A DNA stretch of 62,769 bases, the filler included, from Choristocarpus tenellus KU-1152 (Eukaryota > Protista > Phaeophyceae): NCBI GenBank assembly GCA_964200185.2. It is 9 parts of 9 records of this genome, joined end to end, with 100 filler letters (N's around TTAATTAATTAA, not from the genome) between each part and the next. Parts side by side here need not be neighbours in the genome. Positions count along the whole stretch, not along the records: positions 36,045 to 38,793 come from CAXNAD020025067.1; positions 38,894 to 51,904 come from CAXNAD020001617.1; 7 more parts are not named here. One strand, given 5' to 3'. Below are positions 37,360 to 51,040 of this stretch, in pieces. The notes beneath the pieces are model-generated. The model had not been told where the DNA came from. It was given only the letters and a program-made list of their open reading frames with translations, and ran no database searches. The position numbers were made by a program, and so were the translations under genes. Within the stretch, counting starts at the first letter, position 1, and the number at the start of each line of letters is the position of its first letter.

Positions 37360-37625
37360 GAGCATGAAAAGAAGAAGATTAAGAAGAAACAAGGAGACAA
37401 ACTTAATCAATATCCGACGGAACTCATGTGACGCATATTCTGTCTGTATGCGTGATAGGTAGCTACTGTTCTTGCGTTTCCTATATACTTTGATGTTCTA
37501 AAATGGGAGTGATGATATTGGGATGATGAGTTAGCCATGTGAGTGGAAATAAAGACCAGTACAATGGACTAATCAGCATTCAGTATGAATTGGTGATATT
37601 GTATCGTGTCAAGAACAAATGAGTA

Positions 37626-38245
37626 GTGTATGTTTTGACATCACAAAGTGGGGTATCTTACAAACACCTCATCAGAACTCCAAATGTACAAACTGAGCTA
37701 AACTCCACCCCATCCAAGATACTATGGGTCAAAAGTCCTTATCTTGCCAAAGACATGTGCGCCAGTCTGAGGATGCAAAGGCATCGCTCAACCTTCCTTA
37801 CAGAATAACACTTCACCAACACCAACCCAGATATATTACATTCACAACTCCTGATAACCGATTTAGTCGAAGCCATCCCCTGGGACATCCACATGAGCAA
37901 GAACGGGAAGGGACAGACAAACCCAAGAGTGGGTCCCTTTCCGGATTGGTACAACAATCGGGGAATCGGTTTTGCGATCTTGGACAAAAGTAGAGAGGAA
38001 TACAAGGTCTTGACGGAGGTTGCAGAGGAGATTGCCAGTCAGCACATGCCCAAGAGACTTGATTTGTGGCAAGCTTCATGATTTGGACTAAGTTGTCTCA
38101 ATACTGACAGCGACGTTCTTGGTTCAGGTTACTCACGGACAGACAAGTACAGCATGTCCCTCTAATTACGATTTAGAAGTGATATCAAGTTGTTTGAGAC
38201 GGTTAAGGGAGACAAGGCAAAGAACGCTGTAGGCTTTGCTAGTGA
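37626..38245 (+). pseudogene. Unidentified decayed intronless reading frame
   Basis: ORFs 37626-37808 and 37893-38081 share a frame that continues protein-like with only isolated stops (GPFPDWYNNRGIGFAILDKSREEYKVLTEVAEEIA). Confidence 0.4.
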
Positions 38246-38730
38246 GTCAAAATATCCTACTTAGTTGTGATCCAATGTATATTTGATGGCTCACGAAACA
38301 CACACATATGAAGTAAAAGACATGGGAAATCAACTCCTTATCCTTATCCAGATCTTTGCAATGCTTCTTTGGGATCTGACAACCCAACGAGTTGTCACTC
38401 AAACATGACAAAAGATTATGCACTTCAGCAACCATCTCAAGAACACCTCTCTAATCATCCTTTGGGGTTCAACCCGGTAGTTGACAAACCTTGAACAGGC
38501 TATCACTCAAATAGGTAACCTGATGATGCACTGGTGGGAGATCCATTCTATTTTAGAAACTACACTTGTAAGGGACGAGTTTTTACTGCCAAAGAGTTAC
38601 AATTCCCCTCCACAGTACAGCAGTGGCAATGTGCAGATGGGATTGAAGTGTCGTCTCTTCCAATTGCGACACTTGTGCAGAAATTTCCACCAATCAATCA
38701 TGGTTATTTCGCTCTGTTGGAATTAGGAAT

Positions 38731-38793
38731 GACCCAAAGTATCTGAGAGGGGGGGGGGGTCTACACCAGGGTGTCCATTCGGACCAAAATCAG
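38731..38793. mobile_element. MITE family B, partial (contig end)
   Basis: gacccaaagtatctgagagggggg...tctacaccagggtgtccattcggacc. Confidence 0.85.
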
Positions 38794-38893
38794 NNNNNNN
38801 NNNNNNNNNNNNNNNNNNNNNNNNNNNNNNNNNNNNNTTAATTAATTAANNNNNNNNNNNNNNNNNNNNNNNNNNNNNNNNNNNNNNNNNNNN
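38794..38893. other. Artificial contig linker
   Basis: N44-TTAATTAATTAA-N44. Confidence 0.98.
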
Positions 38894-39389
38894 CCTAGTT
38901 ACTTTGAGCCTTATTTTTGTCCATTACACATCTGAAGGGTAAGCAATAGCATCATTGGGGGGTATGTCTATAGGTAACTAGGGCTTTGCTGTGTAACCTG
39001 CCTTTTGTGGTGATTGTTCTATACCAAAACAAATATTTGAGTGTTCATCTATGCTGCTCCATCATCAGACGAACAACAATCTAACAACTTCATTCCACAC
39101 GAATTATTTATTTAAAAACTGGATTGAATTAGTCAGGAGACTTAAACAATTCCTTGAGGGTTCTCCACACAATCCTAACTTACCACTCGGTCCCCCTAAA
39201 ACACTGCATAATTGTTTTTTGAAGACATGCACATGATGAAAAGCATGTCAAGACCAACCCACCTTTAAACCATTTGAACTAATCCTACCAGGGGAAAACT
39301 TCTTCGAGCCTTCCACCTCACCTGTACATCCCATTGTACTGAACTTGCAGCTGATCTTGTTCAACCTTGTTGTGCACATACTTATTCAG

Positions 39390-42300
39390 GTGGATGAATT
39401 GAAGAGGAAAACAGACAGAGACTTTGAAAATTTTCTGCTGCAACCAGAAGTTAAGCAAGCTGCCCTGAGGATTGAGGTGAGATGCTAGGCAGCTATTGTG
39501 TTGCTCAAGTAATGTAGGCTGTAGGAATGGCTGTAGGACAATGTCCTACTAATGACGAGTCAAAATTAAAAAAAATATGGATTGTGCATATGGAATTGTT
39601 GGAGTATGGGCAAGATCTTGTCAGGGTTTTGAATGAAGCAGGTGAGATTTCCTCTGACTATACTATTGCTGTAAATCTCTCCTCCACAAGACCACCTCGT
39701 TGAGATTGTTGTGAGGACGGATTTATGTTGCTTTGTGCACTGAATATAATAGACTGCACTGAAGACATGCGGTCTTGGATGTTGTCAAAAAGATACATAC
39801 AATGCTCACCGGTGTGTATGCGCATACAAATTGGTGGTTATGTATATAAACATACTCCAGAGTACTAAATATAGCTCCAAAGAATATGTTGACCACTAAA
39901 TTGACCTTCTCATTTCCATCGTCTTCAATATTTATCCATTACAAACACTTGTTGCAACATCTGCTACCCTACGATCTGCACACATGAGTAGCGTGCATGG
40001 GATCGCCGGAAGCAGTTCCAGATCGCAACATATGGTGTATATCTTGGCCAAAATGTAAGTACCGCAAGGTCTTTGTTTCGCCCTAGGTCAAGGATTATTG
40101 ACCTCTCGGTCAGTCCTTTGTGGTGGCTATTGTATATAGTCCGATTGATGCAGGACAGGTTGAAAAGAAGAACACATAGCAGCAAAAAAAGCTTGGGCTC
40201 TTACTTCAAATGTGACCATGGCGTTGTGGCAAGATGGCAGGGTAGAATCTGAGATACTTGTGAAATGATTTGCACAAGAAGAACATCCTAATTGGCTTCT
40301 TGTTATCTCCGCCATCCCATTACATACTACTTTGTATTAGTAGTACCTGTGTGAAAGGTGAAGGGGAACACATGAAGAGTGACAACATTGAAATCACTTG
40401 CATACACTCTCTAAAAAGGATTTTTTGTTCATTGCAACATACCAGGTACTAAAGATCCCTAGAAACGAATGTACTCTATCTGCATAGCAGTCTGCCTTTG
40501 TGCACTACTGGATAAACCTGCTTCAAATTGTTATAGTGACAAAGAGTGTTGTACTTCATGTCACAACTGAAATTTCTGGATGAAAATATTATATATATAT
40601 ATATGTCGCGCCTTGAGTAACCATTGATTAATCCAAACGTAGATGGTGAGAAAGGCTTTTCTCGTAGCTGTAATTCATACTTCATATGTTCAAAACGCAA
40701 CCTGATGGGCGACTCTAATTCAGTCAAAGACCTTTGCTGTTTGCTCTATTCTGAAGCACCTATTTCTGATTTCCTCGCAACACTCCTCAGTAGACCATTT
40801 CGTATAGTCAGTGGAATTGCTTCGAAAAGTTTGTCCATTTTTTTTAGCAGAGATGATGGTAACCATAAAACTCCATATTCCAGTCTCAGAAGAGTATTTC
40901 CATTTTTTTGTGAACCTAGAAAATCGAAGACTAGCATAAAATATATCATTAAGCACCCCACTCACCAATACTTGTACTGGAGTTCATTTCTCACTGGTTA
41001 GATTCTTGAGACTGTTAACACTGAAAATTTGTACTCTGAAGTATATACCTATCAAGGTAGAGAACCAAACGCATTTCCACTCAACTGACATGTGTTTTGA
41101 TACTTTGGCTGCAATCAGACTATGTTGCTGCGGGAGGCACAGGCTTTAGTAGATCTTGAGCAAGGTCCTCCGAGAGTCCACGCTGATTCCAATGCAGGGT
41201 TGCAATCATTGTTATGTGACCATCACGAGGGTCAGGCAAATAAGAGACAGGAGGATACTGGAGTGATGGTGGGTGACGTGAATAACCTCCCTGATGGATG
41301 GTTCACAGAGCTTGACGAGGAGGGAAGGTAAGGGATCGGGCACAGGAAGAGGAGAGCAGGCTGTGGATTTCGCACAAATGAGTTCAGATATCCAAGTTTT
41401 CTATTACATGGTAATGATGGCGTCAGAACAGCACTACCAGTGGGTTGCCAAGAAAAATGGTACAACTGAAATTCATTGTTGGTCAAGGGCCCTATAGTAC
41501 ATTGCATGTGTTGATATATGAATTTGTTGCTATTTTTCAATCCGCAGTGGGTGCGTAGGGTGTAGGATGAAATAGGAACTTGGTCTTTCACTCGACAATG
41601 AGAATCATGGTTTCATATCTATGGGATCAAAGCTCATCAACAACAATGAAGACATTTCTCACAAACTGGTTGGGAAATGAAAACAAGTCAGTACATGCCT
41701 CGCACCACCCATTGTAATTGAAACACGACCTATCCCTTTTTGCAGGGATCGCTGACACCCCTTGCCCTACCAAATCGACCATGCAGAGAGACCACGCCAT
41801 TTGCACTACATTGGTGTGGTAGTCCCCATATGTAGTAGGAAGCACATACACATTCTATGCCTTGCAATGGATGTCTTAGCAAAACGTTTCTGTGACACTC
41901 TTCTGTTTTCTGTGGACTCTCTTGCACATTGCTGTTGTGTCTTTTGACTGAGTAGTTGAAGATATTGGGGAAATATTTTGAGAGTCACGAAATCTGTGAA
42001 GCAGCACACTGCAGTAACTCAAGACCTATGGTTGTGTATAATCGACGTTCTACTCAAATTTCTTGTGCAATTTGTGTTCTCAGGACGTATTTCTTCAACA
42101 TCGTGAGTGGAACAAGCCAATGGGAACACCCGAATTCCATCACTGTTCCACAAGATGTACCTACCCTTGAAGTGAATAACAAGAGTGAGGACGGGGGACA
42201 GGAACCAAGCTCAGTTTATGAACAACCAAGTGATGGTTTCCTTGAAAATGGGTCCAAGGATTGGAGTGAGGGGTGGGTGGGTGACTATAGGGAAGGTGAT

Positions 42301-42852
42301 ATTGAGAGCAATGTTGATAGTAGGAACGTCGTTCCTCTTCTGGCACCAGGGGTGATACTACCAGAAAATTGGCAAGCCGTGTCTGATGATGCTGGGTTGT
42401 ACTACTGGAATGTTGTAACAGGGGAGAGTCAATGGGAACCGCCAGAACCTCTAATTCCAGAGAGTGAAGAGGGAAAATCGGAAGAGAAATCCACAAATAT
42501 TGCTGTAACTTCTGTTCTTGAGAGGGAGGGATGGGGGGGACAGAAGGGTTTTGTCAGTGTGGAGATACCTATCGATGAGGGGTTGAAAGGGGAAGCATTA
42601 GAATGTGTGGAAGATGCAGTGAGGCACAACCCAGGGGTAGGGAGCGGTACATCCTTGCATGCTGAAGGTGAACTGATACTGTCTGAAGAAGTGGGTAGGG
42701 GAATAGGCGGTAGCGTCTCAGGAGAAGAGATGCCAACAACTGTAGCAGGAACTTGGAAAGAATGGGCTGAGTACCTTGATGAAAGTGGTAACATATACTA
42801 TTACAACCAAGCCACTGGAGAAAGTCAGTGGGACAACCCCCACTTGGAATAA
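39390..42852 (+). CDS. WW-domain protein, C-terminal part with three WW domains; exons 39390-39476, 41119-41327, 42084-42852
   Basis: LPDGWFTELDEEGR|TYFFNIVSGTSQWEHP; LPENWQAVSDDAGLYYWNVVTGESQWEPP; WAEYLDESGNIYYYNQATGESQWDNP*. Confidence 0.9.
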
Positions 42853-43899
42853 GCAAAGGAGTTTGGACTGAATTGGGGAGAGGCATGGGGTGTAGGGTGA
42901 ACCACTGGTTAATCTTGCCAGTGTGGTGATTGTGGGGATGGAGAGAGCTGGACCTTGCAGGGAGGAGGAGAGTAGAGGAGTCGAAGATACTACTATCTAG
43001 TAGCAGGGTTGTGCTTCTAGCATAGAAAAAAGAGGGAGCAATGCCAGTGATTTCATCAGATGCATGTATACCAGAAAGTCCATTGGAGATGCTAACACCG
43101 TAGAAAAATAATCCCAGAGAAATTTAATTTCCCTTCTCTTACCGTTATACTGATGGCGAAGAGATAGGTCGAGAAGGATGCAAGGACAAAATTTTGGTGG
43201 AATGAGATATGATCGTGGCTATCATGACAGAGGCAAGAGCTGGGCAAGTGCATCTCAATTCGTTACATATTTAATTTTTGCATTTCGCAGTTTTAATGCT
43301 CACTGCAGCGAGGCAGACACTCCATAGCTTTATTGTCCTCAAGAACAACTTTATGCTCAAGTGGATTCATGAGGGCATTGATTCTTGTTGCCGAGTCCAG
43401 ATGTGTGTAAGTTGATACTTTATTTGAGATTGACCCACTATTGTATTGCTGTTAAGAAACCTTTTTTTGCCTAAAACAAATGTTTGCAGACAGTCCACTC
43501 CATCTTTGCACCTATGGGTGCAAAGGGGTGACCTCACGTGAAAGAAACTGTGATGTGCTGGGGAAACAAGTCACTCTTTGACCTTAAGACTTGCACTGCG
43601 GTACAAAAAATCTAACCCTCTATTCATGTATATAGAAAATATCAAGACCATTTACCACTACTTTGCCTGATGTGTTGCATACCTTCGAGTTCTATAACCC
43701 ATCAACATCTCTGTAAGCACCCAGCAAAGACTATTGTCTTGCGCTTCTGAACTCCTGTGCATAAAAATGTACGTTTGTGTTACTGCGCTCACTATCAGTA
43801 TCGTTCATGCAGTGAGTTGTTTGGATGTTGCACACATACACACTTCTCGGTCCACCATTCATTTTACAAAACCCAATGCTTCCCTTAGTTTGGAAAGAG

Positions 43900-46450
43900 C
43901 CTCTTCGGATGATCTGGATATAGCTTCTATCTACATATGTATCTTCTACCAGGGTATTCCAGTTTCAAAGGGGTTCTTTAGGCTCCAGACAACTTCATAT
44001 TCTCCAGGTAGATGGGGTGTTGGATCCTCCGTAACAAGGTGTGCAATGCCTGTAGCATATAAATATATCTATAACTATCCCTTCATATTCTTGCAAAGAA
44101 AGCATCCCTTCCAAAGAGCTGCAATGTACAGGTTCTATGACTATTGTTGTCTCAGGAGTACATCCAAAGGTACAAGCCAATATATATAATAAATGTCACC
44201 AGACAAAGTTATCAATATTTAACTGCACAAAGAAAACGTTCTGTGTTGGAAACAAGTCCGAGAACCATTTTGAAGCAGGTACACCACACATACAGGTAAA
44301 GAACCAATTGTGTAGTCTTCTCAAAGAATGAAGAAGTTTGAGCTGTCTAGAACAAGCTGTTCACTGGTGCTCTCGGATGTTGTTGTAGGCTCACGTGTGG
44401 AGTTGAGCATTACACTTCTTGCTATCATCCGATTTCATCTCGTAGGGGAAGCTGAGCACCCGTGCTTCTCCGTATGCATAATGTAAAAGGGTTAGTACGT
44501 GTACAATGCGCCCTTCATCCATGGACGTTGAAACCACAGGTACAGCCCCCTGTCCACAATTATATTTCCAGGATACACTTATCGCGTTTCACTGGTCAGT
44601 GCAATGTTGGGGACCATCTATGGTTAAGGTTTTCCCTCATTAAGGGGCATAGCCACCAAACTGGGCTCTTTGAGGTTGCAAGGCTTGGTCTCCGTCTCTC
44701 GTCTTCTGGGCATCCCCCCTTCTCATCTTGTGCAGGCATGCTTCCTCATACTCCAGAGATTTCATTGCCCCTTGTTGACCTTCACTCGTATCTTTGCAAC
44801 ACCTTCCTCTAATTCTTCCTCCAGTATGAGGTTTTGTGCTCCCCATGGCACTTCTGTGCAGTCATATGTTAGTAGATAGTGCTGCTGATACACATAAACA
44901 CCACCGGTGGATAATGTATTAGGATGGAGAGCCAGTGACAGATATATAGTATGTACTGACTCATAGGGTTGATTGGTTTTTATATCATGTTCAAGATACA
45001 CTTTCTATACTTAAGACAAGTAAATAAGTGATTCATAGTAAATTAGTGTGGACGATTACAAACCCCAGACTGTAGAAATAATAATGGTTTAGGCTAGTCT
45101 CATCCACATGCTCAGTCAGCGGAATCGAGACCACAAGCCCCTTGAAATATTAACTTTGCTCATCTATATCAAGCTATTCTTTGTCCTTAATTAAAACACC
45201 AAAAGCCGCGGGTCCAGTGCGGGATACTTCAACATCATAGATAGCCATTATAGGCATCGTTTAACGTGTTAATGATTTTTCCTTTCTTTGAGGATGACAT
45301 CCCCACCACCACACAGTTTGAAACGTGTATCTTGACCAAACTGCGCTTACCATGTGTTTTTGCGCCTTTGCCTCTGAAGGAGACGATGGGAGGCCCACTG
45401 ATCATCTGGTGGTTGGACTCTGATGCGATTCTGTGATACTGTCCTGGATGGACAGTTGAGGTGGTTTTCTCATCAGGACGAAGAAGGTCATGGTCAGGCA
45501 AAAAAATGATCTGAAGTAGAACCACACATGGATACAGCAGCGTGTCCTGAAGAGCAGATACATTGACAGATAGAATGTAGGTAGGATGTTAAAAGGAAAA
45601 AATAAATGTTATTTTGCCAATCTCAGCAACAATCCATTTAGAGGTTGACAACGTAGACCTCTACTAGGAACGATGAAAATTCTATATTTCCCAATCTGTA
45701 CAAAGACAGGAAAGTGTGGAAATCTGAACTATTTGGGGATATCTATCTGTGAGGTTATTGAAGTTGCGTGTGCTGTTGAAGCGTGTTTACAAAATTGCAC
45801 ATGCACTGAAGTGTGTAGACAGGGCATGTCCAACTTTGTACATTCTTGGAGTCGGTAAAGAACATACACTGATCAAGCATGTCTACCATTGATAATGTGT
45901 CAACTATTCTTGCAATGTTTTTGTGAGGAATGCCCTCAGCTTATCCAAGCACACAAGTTTACTTGTCAATAGACCATCCATCCAGTTTGCATCAATTCAT
46001 TGAAGTTCTCCCAGTTAAAAAACATCTTATCACCAGGATCGAACTCTACCTCAGAGCTCGATTGCTGAGCTCATTTCATTAGACCGCCTCTGTCTGGTGA
46101 ATTCTGAAAGGAAGGAACCTCAACCCCCTGCACACAGATAGCTTGGTTTGGACCTTGCATATTTTGCTCTTCTCTGGCTCCCTCTCCTTTGTCAAGTGGC
46201 TCTGAACCTGGATGTCATCTGCTGGCATCACAGATGATGAGACGCTGAGGTCGATCCCCATAAATTGGAAGGACCTCTGTGAGGCAGAACTCCATCAACC
46301 TCTGGATACAATTAGAGTGGTGCTAAGAATTTTCAGGATATATTACACAGCCAAGTTCATATCCGGGCTCTCTTGGGTGATGAAGCATTGCGTGGACTTG
46401 ATGCCCTTAACACAGGTACCTGCGGATCATGTTATCCCCCCACACTGACC
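43900..46450 (-). pseudogene. Decayed Mutator/MULE-like transposase remnants with SWIM zinc-finger traces (probably two elements)
   Basis: SWTCPVYT..C.FCKHA (~45780-45850) and FTCMCGVP/QNGSRTCFQH (~44240-44310) resemble CxCxnCxH. Many stops and frameshifts. Confidence 0.45.
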
Positions 46451-46534
46451 TATCATTGACCTTGCCAGCCCAAATGTGCAATATCACCTGCTCTTTGATA
46501 ATGTTGGTATGAGGTAAAAACTACTTCCAGATCT

Positions 46535-46716
46535 GGCTCAAAGTTTATGGGGGGGGGTGCCACCTGTCCATTCGGGAACCCATTTTTCCATGTTGCGATT
46601 CTTGGGTGATTTGGTTGCATGCGTCGGATGGACAATGTTGGTACACCTTTCCTGGTTAGGGCCTGAATGGACACCCAGGTGTAGACCCCCCTCCGCCCCC
46701 AGAAACTTTTAGGCTC
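46535..46716. mobile_element. MITE family B, full length, 3-bp TSD TCT
   Basis: ggctcaaagtttatggggggg ... cccccagaaacttttaggctc, with TCT on both flanks. Confidence 0.85.
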
Positions 46717-46808
46717 TCTGTGCTCCACCCCATCTTTTGTGATTCCACACCTGACAAGAGCGTGGGGTATATCATAGTTGAGTATGAAATACTTTAGGAG
46801 CGTCTTGC

Positions 46809-47176
46809 AGTGCACAGGGGAACCCCCCTGTCTTCGGGAACCACCACAGCTTTTTTTTCTTCATTGCGCACATTTCGAAAGCCTAACCCTAGTCCTAACC
46901 CTAGTCCTAACGTTAACCCTAGCTTGCCTGTGGAAAATATCCATAACCAATCAAGGAAACCCTCTAGAAGTAGTGTAGCAGTACAGTGTGCACTGTGGAA
47001 CCACACCCTCTCACGGATTCATCACTTTTCGTTTATTTAAACATATTTCCGAAAACCTAACCCTAACCCTAACCCTAACCACTTACAAATTATGAAAAAA
47101 CTTAAACTTCGTTCGAAGAAGTGAAAAATATTCGACAGGGGTGGTTCCCCAAGATGGGGGAGTTTCCCTATGCACT
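46809..47176. mobile_element. ~370-bp non-autonomous element with ~36-bp imperfect inverted termini and two internal telomere-like (CCCTAA)n tracts
   Basis: agtgcacaggggaaccccctgtcttcgggaaccacc / ggtggttccccaagatgggggagtttccctatgcact, with cctaaccc tracts at 46882-46921 and 47054-47080. Confidence 0.8.
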
Positions 47177-49004
47177 AAAATGCTATAATACGACTCCAGA
47201 GCATAGGTTTGCAGGGATAGCTGAAGAATTCAGATATGTTCGGCCTCCGATTCCTCTGCTGGAAGGTGGGATTTCGTTGTAAGGGAAGGGCCACCGTTAG
47301 GATGGAGGGATTTATACATTCTCGGATATGTCCGAAAATAGATGTTTGTCTAGGAACTCGCAGTTTCATAAGCAAAGGAAACGGGTACTCTTGTACAAAT
47401 GGAATTTAACATCATGTGAACTTAAACAGTGTTCTTTGCGAAAACTCCCGAGGAATGTTGTGTGTACATTGTACGCAGTTTCTTCTTTTGACAAGAGAGT
47501 ACACAATTTCCATGAAATGTTCAGGTCGTAGAACTACATGTAATAGCGGATGGGCAACTGAAATTTGACCAAGAAAACGGAAACTCACATATATACACAC
47601 ACACCAACAAAACACACTGGTGAGTACTACTACTGCGACTTTGACAGGGAAAGGTATTGGCCTTTAACAAGACTACTCTTCCTGGGGTACCTTGGACGTC
47701 TCCAGCAGGATATATACTCTTGGGCAAGCACGTACTGGTAATCTTCTTGGTCACTTTGAGCATTTCAATCACGGAGAAGAAAACTAACAGCAGCATTTTG
47801 TGGGTGACTGAAATGAAGTGGAAAAACAGCAACCCACCACACTAAAGTGGATGCAGCCACCAGCATGACTTCGATGGTTTACTTTGCGGACTGACTGGAT
47901 GGCTGGACAAAATCTTTCTTCGACTAGGTTTTTCCTTTGGCGTGTTCTTGGTTGTTGTGATTCCTACATTTGCGACTTGTGAAGATTTTTGAACTGTTTT
48001 TTTCTTCCCCTTACAGTTTTGGGATATTTCTTGTAGTTCTTGAGGTTCACATGTTTGTTGGTTGGCGCAATTTTCTTGAGCTGAATGGATCCCTCCTGGC
48101 GAACTCTTGCACCTGGGGACTGTGGACCTAGTACAAATTGACATGTACTTCAGGTGTTTGTTGCCAACTGAAATCTCTTCCTTGCACACAATCTCAGGTA
48201 GTGATACATCTCAATTGTTTTTCAGAGTGGTTTGATATTTGGTATGTTACTGGTAAAAACTTGGATATGATACTATATTCTGAAAAGGTTAGGCAAAATG
48301 GGTAACTTTTTAGTGCTTCAACCTTTTGACATTTTTTTGTTGTATAACAGTAGGGGCTAAGAATATGAACATGTGCCGCTGGAATGAATCGGTAGCTTTG
48401 AGGTTCTTTTCTGTGGGTTTTACTAACAAAGCTTGAGAACGGGTATGATATAACAGTGTGCCTGTCATACATGAGTTGAAATAGAATGTAATTGTTGTCG
48501 TAATTGTTGTCACAAACGTTGTCACAATGACACTTTGACTTGGTGGTTGCGGTGATATGGATGATGCACGGTTAAGATGATTGGTGAATTAGTCATCACA
48601 CAAAAATTTCTGTGGTTCAATACTTCTTCCGCTATCTAGTTTTACTTGTCATCATCAGAAATGGAGGGGGTCTTGCGATCATGCCAGGCAATATAAACTT
48701 TGCAAAGGTGACAACAAAGAAGAGACTGGTGTACAAGAAAGCAATGTGGGGGATCATGAGGAGTTCATTGGTGAAGTTGAGGTATTGACTATGAAATTTT
48801 CCCCAGCATGAAGGAATGACCACAAGTACTTTGAAACTTCTTTCATAGGGGTGTTGAATGGCGTTTCAAGTTGAGGACTAAAAAATACGTTGTGTAGAAA
48901 TGTGGCTTTCAAATGTTGTGCTGGTCTACGATGAATCTTACCACACACGGATGAATAATTTGCATGGTAGTCTTGTGGCCTTTGTGAATGTAATGGAGAG
49001 GGAC

Positions 49005-49231
49005 AAGTAAGTGCCTTCAGAATATTGCCTTAAAGTACTTGGAACAGATACTACAGAAATTTTCTTGTTGAAAGCAAACAGAAGATGTTTGGTTGTTTCC
49101 TCACACATCGAATTATAGAAGTAAGTGCCTTCAGAATATTGCCTTAAAGTACTTCGAACAGATACTACAGAAATTTTATTGTGAAAGCAAACAGAAGATG
49201 TTTGGTTGTTTCCTCACACATTGAATTATAG
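49005..49231. repeat. Recent tandem duplication, 2 x ~113 bp
   Basis: aagtaagtgccttcagaatattgcc...cacacatcgaattatag repeated head-to-tail with very few differences. Confidence 0.95.
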
Positions 49232-49731
49232 GGTAAAAATGCAGGTAAGGTGAACTCATCAGGCCCATGGTATTCTAGGGGGGGGGTCAGGCATCTGTTC
49301 AGGGCCTTCCATGTCCTTTGAGTGAATGCGTCAGATTAAAGGGCAGTTTCCTCCATTTGTGTGTACCTTCCCTTTCCATTCCCTTGTGTGCACCGAATCC
49401 AAAGGAAAATCAACCGCAAAAAGGGTATCAAATTGGGGTGTTTTAGAACATCCCATCAGGCCCCGAAAGGACAACCTTCACTAATATGGGCCTCACTTCC
49501 ATCCAATATACAGGTACTGGGCCTAAATCGAAATTAAAGTAAAGAAGGTGGTGACTGAGCACAACCAACCCCTCAAGATGCTCAATGGGGACAACCTCCC
49601 TCTGGCACCTGACCATTCCACAGCACAATACTGACGACAAGCCCCTCTACAGTGTCGGGAGGCTGATATCTTCAATAATCACCATCACCACCTTAAAATT
49701 CACCCTAAAACAGAAAAAAAACATTTGCTAG

Positions 49732-51040
49732 CTATTTACCCTCACCACCTGAGGGTGAGGTACCGCTGGGTTGCATAACACTCCTTAATAATCGCACTGC
49801 TGACCGCCCAGCAGCAACATGTGGCTCATCCCTTTCCACAGGAAGTATCGATGGATAGTACCCTTCTCGGACACCCAGCAATCGACATACCTCAGCAGCA
49901 GCAGCCCTACCCTCCACAAGAGCCTTCTCCTGCCATTGCAGGGGTTGTAGGTAAGAGGATGATGGTAAAGACTTTCACTGAATGGTGTGAGATACGGAAA
50001 GGGGGTTGGGGGGGGGTATGCAGTGAGGGAAGGGAATAGAGGGTAATGCTCACTTGTGACCATGATCTGTGACCACCTCGATTGATCCAGTCGCCGCACA
50101 TGAGAAGATTCTCCACTGAGGTACTTGGTCTTGTTTCTGGAAGGTTCTGAAAGGCCCCTGGGAAAAAGTGACTCACCCCCTTGACCAGACACAACATTTG
50201 CACGAGGAATGAAGAGAGATCATCGTGATCTGAACCAATGTCACCGGACAGGAGCCTTAAGAGAGACAATGTGGTTGACGGAAACAAGAGGATTTCACTC
50301 ACCTTGTTTGGTGTTTGAACTGAGTGTGGAGTTGTTACATATGGCGCACGCCTATTCATAGAACCAGGCTCTAAAACTCCATTGGTGCGTGGTGAGCAAG
50401 AGGGGTGGCATGATACAAGGAATGACCAAGCCCAGAGATCTCAAAAGATATTTATCATAATTGTTCCGTGCTTTGATGAACAAACTGCCATGGGTAGACA
50501 CTTCAAAAACTGACACTTCGTGTACAGCATGCGGTCTGCCATGGCCAATTAATCGCTCAAGAGATTACTATTGAGCCAAGACAAAGTCAAACCCATTGTC
50601 CTACGGCCCAGATTTGGTTTCTCCAAGCTGATGCAAACAAAGCCTTACTGCTATCTGCATATACACCTTCTAGTCTATTGTCTAAACTATTCCAATATGC
50701 TATTCGAAGTACATGCATATGATGCATCACCATGAATTGAAACTGGTCTCCCAAGTGAAGTCACACTCCAACAGATGGATTGAACCACAAGCAGTATCCT
50801 AGACCAAAGTTGGACTATAACAATTGACATAATAGTGCTGTACTGTAACCTCCACATGCGATAAAATGGAGAGCAATTGAATCGAAGAAAAAAATATTGC
50901 AGCAAAATTTAGAACTAATGGACCACCACCTCCCACGCAATCCCAATGACACGTTCCAAGTTAACGTCAAAATATTCAGAAATATTACATGCACCAAAAC
51001 GTGATGTAACCCAAGTGTCCAATATCTCAGGGAGGCAGAG
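49732..51040 (-). CDS. FAD-dependent amine-oxidase / carotenoid-desaturase-like oxidoreductase, C-terminal exons (50179-50054, 49929-49732; upstream exon ~51040-50990 tentative)
   Basis: GVSHFFPGAFQNLPETRPSTSVENLLMCGDWINRGGHRSWSQ|EKALVEGRAAA...ILPVERDEPHV matches the NLFMSGDW...SWSQEKAxVTG...PVExDEPH tail of cyanobacterial/plastid-type flavin oxidoreductases. Confidence 0.85.

Noticed and set aside
47500-48960. Possible piggyBac-like transposase relic on the minus strand
   Set aside because: Only vague similarity (DYQYVLAQEY, PEIV) and no catalytic motif I can support.
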